Assembly: GCF_009914755.1 (NCBI RefSeq)
Contig: NC_060932.1
Reading direction: 5' to 3' (one strand)
Origin: the human T2T-CHM13v2.0 reference genome, Homo sapiens
Length of the DNA: 64,000 bases
The notes under the pieces are model-generated. The model did not search any database, was not told the DNA's origin, and was given only the letters and a program-made list of their open reading frames with translations. Below, in pieces: positions 31,121 to 45,855 of the stretch. Position 1 is the first letter of the stretch. Every line of letters starts with the position of its first letter. The position numbers were made by a program, and so were the translations under genes.

Positions 31121-32709
31121 ATGACATATCCCCAAAGTGCCACTCACACTTTCAAATATCTAACCCATAAATCTAACCCTGGATTTCATTTAAAACTGAA
31201 CAAGGCCATCAGTTACAGAAGGAAAATGACTACATTTATATATGAGAATATACATCTGAGTGGAAAACTCTACTAAAACGGCAGCTGTTTCTGAAGAGCA
31301 GGGAACTTTACATTCTCTTTATGTTTTAAATATTTAATAGCTGGTAAAGGTCAGGACAAACTGTCTTTTTATTTGTCGGAGGCCAATTCAAAACTGTCAG
31401 GCATGCACAAAGCGGCCAGTGACAGAACAAAATAATTATATTGTTTTGCTCTAAAAACAGTAAAAAAAGAGGGATTTGCATTTTTCTTATTTTTGGCTAT
31501 TTATTATAACCAATATTAAGATTTTTCAATCCCAATTCATCAAATACATTATTAGGATGTCACATTTTTATGATATGCTTTTGCAAGAAAAATACATCAT
31601 AAAGTGTGGTGTAAATGTGAAAATGATGCTTCTTTGAACAACTTTTCCTGGAATGGGCCCTGGCATGTGTCTTAACTGTTTCTTGCTGAATGACTGTGCA
31701 CAGAGGCTGGTAAGGTGCTGGCCAGCACAGCAAGTATGGCTAAATGCAGTCGTGGCGGCCTGCAGAAGGGACAGGAGCTTGCCTCTGGGTCAGAGTTGAG
31801 TTGAATACTGACCCTGCTACTTATCTCTGGGGCATCAAACAATGATTAGAGTTTACTCTCTCTAACCCTTGGTTGTCTCTTAGTATAATGCTGATCATAA
31901 TAATTCTGTTGCAGTGTGGCCATGAAGCTTACAAGAGGGAATTCAGGGATGTACTCATTATCGTAGTGTTAAGATTGAGGAATATTGGAATATGTCTGGA
32001 TCCTGGCATGTATCTTAATCTTACCTCATTCTTATTTTTTTCCTCCAGATGAGACTACATCTGACAGGTGATGAGATAGATCATGTTGGTTGGAGCACCT
32101 AGGTTGAGAGGTCCACACGAGGCTCAATTGTTTCTAAATGGGTGAGTCAGTTAGTCCTGCTATTGTCCTCATTAGAGAAGGACTATCCACAATAGAATTG
32201 TTTTTGTAAAAATAGTGAGAAGGGGCTTGCCTTGCTTTAATCAAGCACATCTGGGGTGGAATCCTGGCTGCACTGTTTCCTAGTTTTACGGTCTTGAGCA
32301 AGTTACTAACTTTGCTAAACACCAGTTTCCTCATCAGTTTAATTGTGCATGGCGATATTTGCTTGATACATTTTGTCAGATGAAGTATACAAAACATCAT
32401 TGATTGTGTCTGACAGCGTGGATAGTTATTAGCCAATTAAATCTGCTTACTTTATAATTATCTGCTGAATAATGAGAGGAAATAGCAGGGCACTTTTCCC
32501 AGACCACAATAAAATGAATGTAATGTGTGGAAAGAGATGTAGAAAACATTAGTTTTTACAAATATTAATAAAATATTTATGTACCATAACAAGTTAATTT
32601 TTAAAACTTTTTCTAATGGGGAAAATCAAATAATTATTCACCCCCTTCTTTTTATTCAGGTCCTTGGTTCCAGTAGAAGGGTTTTAGTCCTGTGTCTGAA
32701 GGCCCCAGG

Positions 32710-32860
32710 ACTTTTCTTGGGATGGTAACGATAGTCTCTATACACTGGCCTGAAAATGATCTCGGGAACACTCGTTACCAGTTTTTATTTGTACCATACC
32801 CCACATACACAGCACTGAACACAATTTTCTTGCCCTGATGTATGAAATGTTAATCATCTG
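32710..32860. repeat. Diverged direct copy of ~34500-34650 (ST18 poly(A) region)
   Basis: The exact 20-mer ACAGCACTGAACACAATTTT occurs at 32809-32828 and 34599-34618, with colinear flanking matches. Confidence 0.85.
32784..32789 (-). terminator. Candidate distal AATAAA within a duplicated copy of the poly(A) region
   Basis: TTTATT on + strand, inside a segment homologous to 34500-34650 (see findings). Confidence 0.4.
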
Positions 32861-33444
32861 AATTGCTGGAACAAATTATCTGAAGTGAAATCTGATCTTG
32901 TCATTCTCTGATTTAAAATTTTTCTTTCACATGCTGAAGTCTGTGGAAATTAGAACTCTTTAGCATGCCAGTCTACGATATGACCTCCTCTTCTTCCCAC
33001 TCATCTGGGCTTTGGCCTCTCATCTTCTCACTTCTCACCAATTTTTCAATGTTTTAAATACGTGAAGCTGCTGCCTTGATGATTGCCATACTTTTGCACA
33101 TGCTGTTGTCACTGCCTGCAGCACCTTTTCTCAAACTTTCCCTGCTGAATCAGAAGCAGGATTCTTCCTGGAAATCCAGGTTTGTTAGGTAACCCTCACA
33201 TGGTTTCCACAGGAGCCTGTGTGTACCCAAACTGAAATACCTATCACTTATTTCATTGTCTCCCACGAGGCTGAACTCCCATGGGAGTAAGGAAGTGGGC
33301 CCGGCATAATCGTGTTCCAAGTAAACATCTTTTTGATGAATGGATGACTCTTACTCACCATTTCCGGTAAGACTGGTGCTCTTCTTATGACGCCTTGTTG
33401 ACAGAGTTGTAGACACTACTCGTTGGTATAAAATCCCAATCAGA

Positions 33445-33751
<307 letters not shown>

Positions 33752-34572
33752 GTCCCAATCAGGGCAAGATGCACATCCTTGGCTAAGGGTAAGCTAAGAG
33801 CCTGACTGAGCAGATTTGCATTTTGTGATCCATTTTATGCGCATCTTCAACACGTGAGTGTGGTGACTAAATGAAAGCTATATTGTGCATTAATGGTTAT
33901 GTTTTGGCTCCTGGTAAATGAAGGTCTCCCAAGTACAACTCTGGCTTTCCTCTTTGGACCCAGACTTCCCTTCGGTCAATTTGGCTTCATTACATGGGTT
34001 AAATAGATTTTTTTTTAACCAGATCAAATGTAAGTGGAAACTTATTCTAGAGATGTATGAATCTGGACAGAAACTGAAAAATTAAATTAGGCTGACTATT
34101 TGACATTAGATAGAAAGAACACATAAGCAGAAGAGGTGCTATCAGTAATTTATTATTGTTTTTCTTTAATTCAAGTTTCTTTAATTTTAGCTTATATGAA
34201 TCTAGAGATATACTCCGTATCCAAAGTAATTTTGGAATCAGGAGGGTGGGCCCTCTACCTTGCCACTTATTAGATCTGAGTGAATTTGCTGCTACTGCTA
34301 GCAAAGGTGTTCCTTATGTCAAAGCATTCCCTGTTCTGGAGGTGAATGCCACATCAAAGGCAGTGACAGCTTGTCAACTGGCCAAAAGTCCTGTCCACTT
34401 TAAGGCAAGCAAACCGGCTGTCAGAACAGAAATGTCTCCGAATGACTGGCAGGCTCAAGTGCACTCTGGGGACCTCACCAGGGCTCGTTCTGGACAGTGG
34501 ATTCCATGGGAAGGGGATACTAGTCTCCAGATAACAGCCTGAGAAAGATCACATCAAAACTCGTTATCAATT

Positions 34573-34578
34573 TTTATT
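34573..34578 (-). terminator. Main ST18 polyadenylation signal AATAAA
   Basis: Minus strand reads TGTAcatttggtgTGTAtggtaggaAATAAAaattgataacgagttttgatgtgatctttct: two upstream UGUA (CFIm) elements and a downstream GU/U-rich element. Confidence 0.8.
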
Positions 34579-35671
34579 TCCTACCATACACCAAATGTAC
34601 AGCACTGAACACAATTTTGTTGCTTTGATGTAAGAAATATTAAGTGTTTGGAGAAACAGTATACAAACAAACTACCTCAAATTAAAAAAAATGCATACAT
34701 CATTGCCTTTTTGTTTACAAAAGACCCAATTTACAGTATTGATCATTAACATAGTTGAAAAGAAAACAAATTCAGTGCACATTACAAAACACATCAAGTA
34801 CAAAGTAGGCAAATAAATACAAACATACTTCACAAAACATCCTGCTCAAACTATGCAAACACAAATAAATTAACCTGAAGTCATAGCAAATTATAGTAAT
34901 AAATATGTAGGTTGGTAAGAGATTTCTTTTAAATTAAATAAAATATATAACAAACTTGTTAAAATATTTAGCAAATTAAACGTTTGTCTTTGTAATAAGT
35001 GAGCTCATTTGTATGCATCTATGAAGTACTGTATAGCAAAATGTTTGCAAGTACACAACTGTAATAGAAAATTTTGTTTGGTGTCCCATTTATAATAGAC
35101 AGCACATATGGTAGCTCATTTTTTAAAACTGATTTTTAAATAAACACCGTTTCTACCTAAGAACAGACAGTTCATCTTCACTAAACTAAGGTTCAAGAGT
35201 TCAAATGAACTCCAAACCAAAGATAAGCCCCACTTAATGCATAACAATGACCAAAGTTTCATGGGAGTGGAATTACTGTTGAGTATTGTTTTTCATTTGT
35301 GCAGGTAACAGTAATAACAGTGGAATACATCAAGCCTGTGAATGCCATCACTTTCCATCTAAATATCCATGAGGTTAATAAAAAATAAACACTTTTGTTT
35401 ATAGCACAGAAAATTAAGCCCACATGAAGTTCATGTGTACATTTACACAGAGGCACGTCTGCACATGAAATGTGTGTGCACACCAAAAAGGCAGTTTAGC
35501 TGGTTGTCTATACCTTTTCCTTAAAAAAAATAAATATAAAAAAACTTTTGAAACAATGCTTAACTACTTTACAATCCCTGAAATAGACATTGCCTTTACT
35601 ATAGAAACTATGAAACTCTGATCCGTTCAGAAATTCAAGATTGTGGGCTCAATTTGAAGTGTGGATGAGTC

Positions 35672-35732
35672 TGTGTGTGTGTGTGTGTGTGTGTCTGTGT
35701 GTGAGTATGCCTGTGTGTGTGAGTGTGTGTGT
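35672..35732. repeat. Compound (TG)n microsatellite; reads (CA)n in the ST18 3' UTR
   Basis: Read directly. Confidence 0.9.
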
Positions 35733-36290
35733 ATATTTTGTAGCATTTGAAGTTTTGTGGCAAGATTTCTATCAAATTGAATGTTGTCTTGTTTCCTATG
35801 GTGGGTGAGACCCAAGGTGCCAGTGTTTGAAGTAATCATTCAGATTGGAGTAGCATTTTTTCATGTGTTACTATATTTTCCATTCCTTTCCAGTCAACCC
35901 AGTAAGATAAATGCTATTTCAGGGGATATGGTATCTACAAAATTTTTCATTTGGATGTGTTTGTATTTGCTAAGTACAAATCTACACCAATATTGTCACT
36001 TGTATATTGTACCAACATATGGCAGGAAAGCCTGGCTGGTCACACCAAGTCTTATTTTTCATCTTGGGATACGAGTTGCCAACGATCTGATATGACTTGA
36101 AAAACAAACAGACAAATCTGCATCACTAAAAAGGCTTATGTTTCTTTAAAACATTTCAAATAAATAATTCATATTAACGAAAACCGTCCAGCCAAGTCGA
36201 ATACTTTGCTGATTGCTATATTTAATTATTGCTAACAAATTCTGAGCAGGCTGTTTTCCAGCATCCTGTGCTTTTGTGAGTGCGGATTCC

Positions 36291-36304
36291 CCACTAGTGG
36301 GCGC
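36291..36304 (+). promoter_or_regulatory. CTCF-like motif CCACTAGTGGGCGC in the 3' UTR DNA
   Basis: 13 of 14 positions match the consensus CCASYAGRKGGCRS, in a local GC patch within an AT-rich UTR. Confidence 0.45.
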
Positions 36305-36629
36305 CATTTGTCTTCTTATTCCTTCCGTGCAGCTCACCTTACCGCAAATTCATTTATAAATACAAAAATCAGTGAAAGGTGGGGGAAGAAGTGTGCAATA
36401 AAAATCAAACTCAACTATAGTGCAGTCCTTAGACAAGGATTTCCTTCACCCTTTCCTGTTTCCTCATTAAAACCCAGCAAGAAAGATGACTTGAGAATAG
36501 CATTTCTATTTAAATCCTATTGGAAAATAAATTAATAAACACACTTGTAAAAATACGGCAGACTTCAAAATGCAGTTAAAAGATAAAAAACTCTTTGATT
36601 AGTAATAAATAAATTATAAAAATGTCACA

Positions 36630-36635
36630 TTTATT
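36630..36635 (-). terminator. Candidate proximal polyadenylation signal AATAAA
   Basis: Minus strand reads tttTGTAaagtataTGTAaAATAAAtgtgacatttttataatttatttattac, about 280 nt after the stop codon. Confidence 0.4.
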
Positions 36636-36916
36636 TTACATATACTTTACAAAAAAAGAGTACAATGAAGAAATAAAAGAAAAACATATGAAAATAAATA
36701 AGATCTAATAATTGACTGCATTGCTTTTAATCCAAGAAGTCTATCATAGTTTTTCTTTCCTTTTTATATCAGCTGGGGAAAATAAAATTAGTGCAATGTT
36801 GCAAATTGTAAATGCAGTACGGCAACCTCCACGCCTTAGCAGTACATGAACCTCTAACAGATCCATCTGGAGTTTACTGCTGTTGGTAACTTCTGTTGCC
36901 CGGCAGCGCTGTGATC

Positions 36917-37057
36917 CTACACATGGATACCCTTCACTGCCTGTTTGATACTTTCCAGTAGAGCTTTGCATTCCGGGGAATAGTCCCGTTCCAGATTGCT
37001 GTACATATCTGTGAGTGTATTTACATATGCTTCAAAATTCTGCTCACTGATAGGTCC
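36917..37057 (-). CDS. ST18: ST18 last exon, coding part ([46 protein letters not shown])
   Basis: Acceptor tctccatttAG, then 46 codons and TAG at 36919-36917. It matches the recalled ST18 C-terminus. Confidence 0.96.
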   Translation of the reverse strand, partial: GPISEQNFEAYVNTLTDMYSNLERDYSPECKALLESIKQAVKGIHV

Positions 37058-37610
37058 CTAAATGGAGACAAAACACATTGACCCAATCACAGTGGTTCAG
37101 GCTGAGGGAAAAGAAGGACCCAGTGACATCGAAGATCAGTGATCCGGGAGTCGGGAGGGAAGGCAAGGGTGCATATGACTGCTGGGGTTGCAGGGGATGG
37201 AGAGAGACGGAGTGTGTGTGGGATTCATCTGTTCACTCTTAATTCAGGAGACGAATATGACTGGCTTGTACAGTATTTGGGGTTGATTTGGAGCACATAA
37301 AGTATATGTCTGGCTATGGACTCGGACTCCACAAAACTTTTCTACTTCTCTTGGGAGGCAGCCTCAGCCTTGACTGCACATGCCTTGCACTACATATGCC
37401 TCCTGTTTGTGGAAGGTGAATATTTGTGAGGCTGGGAAGGAAGGGTTGCTTGTACTAAGTGGTGCCCTTAACAGCACTGGGCAGAAACTTAAAGAATTTA
37501 AGATTTGAGCGAGTTGCTCAGTAACAGTTGTGATGGAAAATTTTCCTCCTCCATCCTCAGATCCTTTTAGCCTGTTTCTCTCCTGTGGCATCATTGCAAT
37601 ATACTTTTAA

Positions 37611-38024
<414 letters not shown>

Positions 38025-39101
38025 TGATGCTTCAAGGAGAGCACATGCTGGATACATGTAAATTTCACACAAATGTGAAACGGAATGAATGTCACAAGGG
38101 GAATGCTACTCAGTCATTTCTGTTGCCACCATTTTCCCTCCTTTTTAAAAACACATGACGTGAGACTTACTTCGCAAAGGTGCTTGGAAGAAAGGACATT
38201 TAAATGTCAAAGTACTGTTATTGTTGCTATTTAAGGAAATAAGCTTTCTAAATTTGAAGCTATTTGTTGTGCTCTGCTCGGCAAAGCGCTGATCTAAATT
38301 ATTAGTATTGTCCAATCATGATTCTCTGTCCCCTTCTCTTTCCTGCCTTTGTTGTGCCTTGTGTTTCTTGGAGAGTCAGGGGATTGGATGGGAACCCAGG
38401 TAGCACAGTGGGTAAAGGCCACTCTGCAGGGCCGGGCCCACTTGCCTTGTGTTAGCTCTGGAAACTTGATCAAATTAAGTAAGCTCTCCGAGCCCTGATT
38501 TCCTCAACTATGGAATGGGAATACTAATGCTCGCTCTTTGGTGCTTTCGTAACATTTTGTGTGATCAGCACTAAAAATCACCACTAGAGTGCCCTGTGTG
38601 GTGAGTATACAAGGCACAGGTTAACTTGTGTGGTACCTGTTTTTTATGGCAGTGGTGAAGAAGAAAATACTAAGGAATGCATATTCAAAGTATGATTTAC
38701 GCAACATTCATAAATAACATTGCAATGATTTTTAATAATTACCTTAATCCTTACCATAGTGGTATCATTTATTTTGCTTTGTGTTCATTATTACATTATT
38801 GATTTTTTGGCTGGTGGGAGTCAAGAAACATATTTGGAATCGGTTAAGATAAGAACTCCATGCTAGGAACTTGGGTAAAATGGAGGGGCTTAATGTTTTA
38901 ACCAAAACCAATTACATTTCTTTATCACATTGCTGCTTCTATAAATAATTTCATATATAAAATAGGCATCTTTGGAAAAATTATTCTAAAAATTTAGGTT
39001 CTGAGGAAATTAAAAGCATTTAGCAATGTAGTCTCTCCTCCAAAGATTTGTCTGTATTTAAGAATATGTAAAAGAAGTTAATTTTCTATGAATTCCAAAT
39101 A

Positions 39102-39447
39102 CAGTCATGCAATGCATAACAACATCTCAGTCAATGATAGACTGAATATATGATGATAGTCCCATAAGATAACAATAGCATGTTTTTATGGTTTAGATAT
39201 GTTTTTCCATGTTTAGATACACAAATACTAATAATTGCCTAAAGTATTCAGTACACTAACATGCTGCACAGGTGGGTAACCTCAGAGCAGTAGGCTGTAC
39301 CATATAGCCTGGGTGCAAAGTAAGTAAAGTAGGGTCTGTCATCTGGGTTTGCGAAAGTTCACTGTATGATGTTCACACAACATCAAAATTGCCTAAGGAC
39401 ACATTTCTTAGAACGTGTGCCCATTACTAGGTGATAGAGGACTATAG
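39102..39447 (+). mobile_element. Tigger3 (Golem)-like DNA transposon
   Basis: cagtcatgcaatgcataac...gtcccataagat...aaattgcctaaggacacatttcttagaacg. Confidence 0.75.
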
Positions 39448-39986
39448 TTGCATACCTAAAATACATGCTTAGATTTTGAAAATGAGGATTCCTTGTTCAT
39501 TTTTTTTTGCTTTTTATTTTATATGAGGAGAACTGAAGTACGTTCTTCATACTTCCATATGAAGAAAGCACCTAGTCCATTGGGAATTGAACATTTTTGG
39601 TTACAGTTCCTGATTTGGGCGGATGATGCAAATAATGGTCTCAAATTTTGTAAGACATGGAATCTTCTACTTGGAAATACATTTTCACTGAGGGAGTTTT
39701 GCCCTTCAACTTTCACATGACATTGTGAACCGAGCTTTAAAAAATCCTTTGTTTTTAAATGACTTTGGCCTCTAAAAAATTCTTGGCCTTCATATAATTT
39801 AAATAAATGTATCTACCATGTTCCCAGAGAGGGAGATTACTCCAAGCCAGACTGTGATGAAGTGTGGTCACTCTGTGACTGCTCACAGGTCTCCTCAAAG
39901 CTCAGTCGTGGCAACCCCGTGGGTAGATGCATGATGACACTGCAAATGCTTGTAATGGAATGGCAAGGTTCTGGCCTTGAACTTAC

Positions 39987-40130
39987 CATCTGTGGAAGCT
40001 GGATGTCAGCAAGGCTTGAAATGAGAGCTTGGCTTAGACCTGCCAGCTCTTTCAGCAGACTTTCATTGTTCTGTTCTATGAGTTTGTTCTCCTCCTCTAT
40101 CGTCTTTAAGTTGCTCTCCATAGATGTGAT
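39987..40130 (-). CDS. ST18: ST18 coding exon, 144 bp ([48 protein letters not shown])
   Basis: Matches the N-terminal part of ORF 39837..40121. Acceptor tctgttgtAG and donor ATG|GTAAGT. Confidence 0.96.
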
Positions 40131-40239
40131 CTACAACAGAAATAACTTGGGAATGTGAGTAGTGGAGTTTGGAAGGAGTGTAAAAGGTTTCTCCCTGAAG
40201 GAAAATGCACCAAGTGCATCTGAATACTAAGAGATGCAG

Positions 40240-41220
40240 AGATGCATGCGTGTAACTTCTCAGCATGAAGCTGCAGCCCCATTGGATTGTTTGAAGTGCT
40301 GGAATCAAATCCCCAAATTTTCATCTTCAGCCCAGACTTCCTCATGAATTGTAGAACTTCTCCACATGGCTGTATGATGGATATCTCAAACTCAACATGT
40401 TTAAAGTAAACTTTGCTATTTTCCCCAAACTTGCTCCATCCGCTGTCTCCCTTTTCCAGTCAGCAGCAACTCAACTGTAGTGCAGACCCCCCATGGCTCT
40501 TTCTTTCATACCTCACCTCCACTGGCTCCTCCTTCAAAATATCCAGGATGGGACCACTGTCCCCTCCACTCTGCTGCCCCCTGGGCCCAGCCACCAGTGT
40601 GACTGTGCTACCTTCTCGTGGGTGGCCTTGTGTTTGCCATTACCCCATCTAATCTCTTTTTGGCCTTTCCTCAACACAGCCACCAAGATGAGCCTGTTAA
40701 AATGCAAGTCAGCATGTCAATCAGATGGGATTATGTTACTCGTTAGCTCAAAACTGTGCTACAGTTCTGCACACATTCAGAATAAAAACCAAGGTCTTTA
40801 AAATGGCCTAAGATGCCCCGTGTGAGCTGCCTTGTTGTCTCTGAGACTGTTCTCCTGTGACCTGCCCCACCCAGCTCACTCACCTGCGGCCACACTTCCC
40901 TTTGCTATTTCTGAAATCCCCAGGCCTTCTCATGATGAGCACTTTTGCGCTTGCAGGGTTTCTTCTGTCTGAAACACTCTTTCTCCATACTTGTTTGGCT
41001 AACTCCCTCATTCCTCAAGTCTTTGTGGATGGCTTTCTTCTTCCTGGGGGCTGGTGGTCCTATTTAGTATTGAAATACAGCCACTCGCCCAGCCCCCTGC
41101 CATTCTAGCATACAACACCATTGATCATTTATGACTTTTTTGTTTATTGTCTGCTTCCTCCTTCTAGACTATAAGTCTCAGGAGGGCAGAGGGCTTTGTG
41201 TTCTTTGCTAATGGTTTTCT
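40240..41220. mobile_element. L2 LINE fragment
   Basis: cccaaattttcatcttcagcccagac, atctcaaactcaacatgt and ctagactataagtctcaggagggcag are L2-like motifs. Confidence 0.6.
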
Positions 41221-42049
41221 AGAGGAATTCCCATGATTTCTAGACAAAAGTATCAATCTGTGGACCAGATGGCCATTAAATTGATGATGGCAACAATGGT
41301 CACTCTGGGTAAGGAAACCTAAATTTCAGATGGATTAAAACCCTTTGTCTTAAGCTGTTGTGTGAGGACTTCCAAGAGATCCAGTAACCATGGTGGCATA
41401 AAAATCCTGCATTTCAGAAGAGGAGAGAAGGGAAGGGGAGAAAGACAGTCGTATGCTCTGTCTCATTCTTTTGCTGCTAACTTGTTGCAAGAGAGTTATG
41501 ATTCATGTTTTAAAAATCTTGGACTGAACTGTTGATTTCCAGGAGATGAGGCAGACATCACAAAGAAGAATGCAGAATTGAGAAATTGCTTGGGCTTTTA
41601 GGTAAAGAATTTGCTCAAGAAAATATTCAGTAAGATCTGTTTCTAATAAATACTTACACATTCAGAGGTGTTCCAAAAACATTAAACAAAAAGTTGCTAT
41701 ATTTTACTTGAATTTTGAATAAAACCAAGGATTCTTACCTTTCCATCACATTTTTTTTCTAATGCACCAGAGACTCTTGGGTTATAGGATGATCTGCCTT
41801 GTTTGCTTATAAAAACTTCGATGCCACCAGGGCAAAAACATGAGAAAGCTTGCCCAGAGCTACTGAATAAATGGTAACCTGGGATGATCCACCTATTCAG
41901 AATTTTACAATAATTATGGAATCTAGAAACACTCAGCATATTGACTCTAAGTTACCATATATTTTCACACAAGTTTTAAAATTTCAATGTTTTGTTTCCA
42001 CCAAAGATTATGATTACATTAAGGATCATGAATTACTTCTTTTTTTTAC

Positions 42050-42153
42050 CTGGGTCTGAAGTTTCATCATATCTGCTTCAATTTTAAGGTTGGATTCATT
42101 CAGTTCCTTTATTTCTTCATCCAAATGCCTAATTTCTTCATCACTCTCTATTC
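42050..42153 (-). CDS. ST18: ST18 coding exon, 104 bp ([35 protein letters not shown]); start of the coiled coil
   Basis: Acceptor ctctttacAG and donor CAG|GTAAAA. The peptide is a heptad-like acidic helix typical of MYT1-family C-termini. Confidence 0.95.
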
Positions 42154-45100
42154 CTGTAAAGAGTAAGACTACCTTAGTTCAAACTGAAAACTGTTAACAA
42201 ATGAGTCATTATATGTTTAATTTGTGATTTGCTACTTGAAAATGAGACTTTCATTTAGTGTTTTTACCAAAACAATGCATATCTAGGATTCTGAAAAAGT
42301 GGATAAGAGAAGTTACAGATTTAATTTATTGGTAAGAAAGAAAAGAGGGAGTAGAAAAGTGCCACCCTTGCATGTAGCTCAGTTATGTCCCAGGGGTGCT
42401 GCCAGACCCATTTGTAAATATGCCTTCAATTACATCTTACCACACCCTACAGTGGGACACGCTCCATTATACCCTCCTCACATATGAAGACACCGAGCCC
42501 AGAGAGGTTAAATGAGACCCCAAGAATCACTGACAGAAGTTAAATAACCTGCCCAAGTTCAAATTAAGAGGCAGAGCTGGGATTAAACCTCAAAGCCCTT
42601 GCATTCTCTTATTCAAAATGCTCCAAGGACAGTTTTATGCTGAGTAATTAAATATCTGTTTAGTTGAATTAGACCTTAGGACCCATGATGGGAGGCAGAG
42701 CTGCGGGGCTGCTGGCAGGTGAATTAGTGTCCAGAAACACATTGGCAAAGTCTTCCACGTGGACATGGATGAGGAAAATGTAATTTAGGGGGAAGGACAT
42801 CAGCTTGGGAGTTTGACTCCTGTTCTGCAACTTGGGCAACTTACTTATCTTCTTTGTGCTTCAGTATCCTCTTCTGTAAAATAGGCATGTTATCTACACT
42901 GTGAGAATGAATGCAATAAAATGTAGAGCGCTAAACATGCCACAGGCTCTCAGTGAATGGGGGTTATTTCCCATGATTACTTTGTAGAAGGAGTATGACT
43001 ACATTTGAAAGGTTTCAAGGACCTGGGGAAGGTAGTTAATATTAAGGGTGCGGGAAGCAGGATTGGAGGTAATTTACCTCCTAGAAGAATGAATCTGAAC
43101 CAGGGTGACAATGAAGAAGGACATGTGAACTTCCACGTAGAGACTTCATAGGAGCAATTTCATGAGAGAAGGATAAAGGGTACTTGGCTTGACAATTGGT
43201 TTGAAAGAGATCTGGGCTCTTATACTTTCCTAGGGTGACTACTTTGGGAAATAATCCATTACCTCCTGAAGGTGGATGCTCACATTCTCTATGACCCTAC
43301 AATTTCTTCCTTAGGTACACACCCAAAACAAATGGTTGCACACAGGAAGCATGCATAAGGTGTACACAGCAGTGTTGCTCGCCAAAAGCACAACTTGAAA
43401 GGAAACCACATGCCCACCAAAAACAACACGGGAGATTCTTAGTAATTTAGTGAGAAGAGAAAAAAAGTAAGCCGAAAGTTACATCACATACAGCATGATA
43501 AAACAGATGGCTATTCTGTGGGTATTTACTGCTTTATTAAAAGTAACTACTGAATAAAGTGAGCCATGCATGGACCAATGAAGAGAGTGTGTCATAAGAT
43601 TGATATAACTCTGGGCTCTAAGATTTAATGAAAAAAGGAAAACAAACCAACATATAAGACTTAGGTACCTTAGTAGTTAGACCAGTTTAAATATGAGTCA
43701 TCAGTATGACATGGCTACTAAGAAAACAACCAACAGTTACCCAGGACCATACTCATGGAACTATAGTATCTGGGACTCAGGATTCATTCTGCACTGGCCA
43801 GCTGTGTCTGGAGAATTGTACTGCATCTTGGAGCCCCGTATTTTACTGGTTGGTGTGCAGGTACAGGGATCTCCTCTCAGACAACTGATGGGTAAGAGCT
43901 GGGGAAGAAAGGACTGAAATACCTGGATTCTCAATGAAACAGGTATTTGGAGTGCTATCAGCACTTGAAATTTTTCTGATTTGAGCTATCGAAAACTTCT
44001 ATTGTTATAAATTTCTTTGACATATTGTTTTTCTTTTCTGTCTTTTTATAGTAAAATTCCACCTCAAAGAATGTTATTTTCTTACATAATATCTGGTGAG
44101 GCAGACAAAAACCAAGGAGATGCTTGTAAAACATGAAGTGTTCTGAAGGAAGCACAAAGGGTTCTGGGAGGCCCTTCACTGGAGAAGATGCACTCCTTTC
44201 AAGACTTTCAAGATCAGAAGGAGGCAGGCCTGTGAAAAACCAGCCAGCAGCTGAGCATCCAAGAGGAGGAAGGAAGCCCAGAGCCCAGGCTGGGAAGGGA
44301 GTGAGTGCCCCATGGACAGCAAGAAAGTGAATGATGGGAGCAGGCCATGGGGACATCCTGGGAGCTTAGGTTTATTCCAAGTGCAACAGGAGCCAGGGAA
44401 GGGCTGTAGGTAGGAGAGCTGGGGTGATTGAGCTGAATTTTCACAAACATAATTTGGAGTTTTGAGTAGCGGATAGATTGGAGAAGAGACAGAGCAGAAG
44501 CGAGGAGACCCATGAGGAGATGATTGCTGGAGTCCTGGCTGGGTGTAGGGAAGTGAGGTCAAGAGAAGGAGACAGACTCAGGATCTAATCTGCAGGCAGA
44601 ATTTGCAGGACTTGTGAGGGCTAGAGGTAGGGGGTGAGAGAAGAGAGGAATCGACGGAGAAGAGAGGAATCAACCCTGACTGCTTGTTTCTGCCAGAGCA
44701 GGTGGGTAACTGTAGAGCTGTCTCTGTGATGAGGCAGACTGGGAGGCTGAAACTTGTAGTAGGATAAGTAAAAGTTCAATTTTGGCTAAGTTATGAGTGC
44801 TTGTGAGAAGACTGTTTAAGTGACAGCCTGAGTTCTTGGTTCTGGGATTTCGTTAGGATTATGTTTCGCTGAGGGCCAATGTTCCTGAAGACACCCCAGC
44901 CTCTTAATCAAGATGGGGCTGTTTGGAAGATGCCTAATAACAAAAGATGGCTGGAGCTTGTGAGGGAAGATCATAAGATGAGATCTCAAAAAGGAAACAT
45001 TGTCATGGGATCTAATACGTAACAGGCTCCCTTTACATGCTCAGAGAATTAATCAGTGAAGGAACTAATGTTTTTATTATAATTTCTGGGATCTGGGGTG

Positions 45101-45522
45101 CTATTTTAGCCACAGGATCAAATTCAACTAATTTCTTTGTAATGTTTCCTGTTAACATATCACTTTATCTGTTTCCACAGAGTCGCTCATCTGCCAAACT
45201 TCTTTCCATGCACACAGTCTCTAAGAACCTTTGGATTTCACTCTGCACTTCCAAATATTAACTCGTATGATCCTCATTTAAAAACCATGAGGTAGAAACA
45301 TTTATTACCTCAAAGTATGGATGGGAAGCCAAGTTACAAAGTAAGTGGTACAGCGGGAATTCAAATATAAGCTCTCTGGTTCCAGAATATGTTCTTTTAA
45401 CCATGAAAATACTATCTTTATTCATAGATGTTTCATCTGTTTTGGAAGTATCAGTAAAAGGTGTGCCCTGATGTTTACAGACATACTTCTAGTAGAGTGT
45501 TGGACTAGCTAGGTATTGCTGA

Positions 45523-45855
<333 letters not shown>

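Larger units (their letters stand above)
34555..36916 (-). other. ST18: ST18 3' UTR (~2.36 kb; 3' end approximate)
   Basis: AU-rich stretch without Alu or LTR insertions running from the stop codon to AATAAA (+ strand TTTATT at 34573-34578). Confidence 0.8.

Noticed and set aside
34156-34542. 128-aa plus-strand ORF converging on the ST18 3' end
   Set aside because: It has no ATG start, no domain similarity and no promoter or splice evidence.
39837-39986. ORF extension beyond QLPQM (VSSRPEPC…) as an alternative C-terminus
   Set aside because: There is a strong GTAAGT donor at 39986, and the extension looks like ordinary intron sequence.
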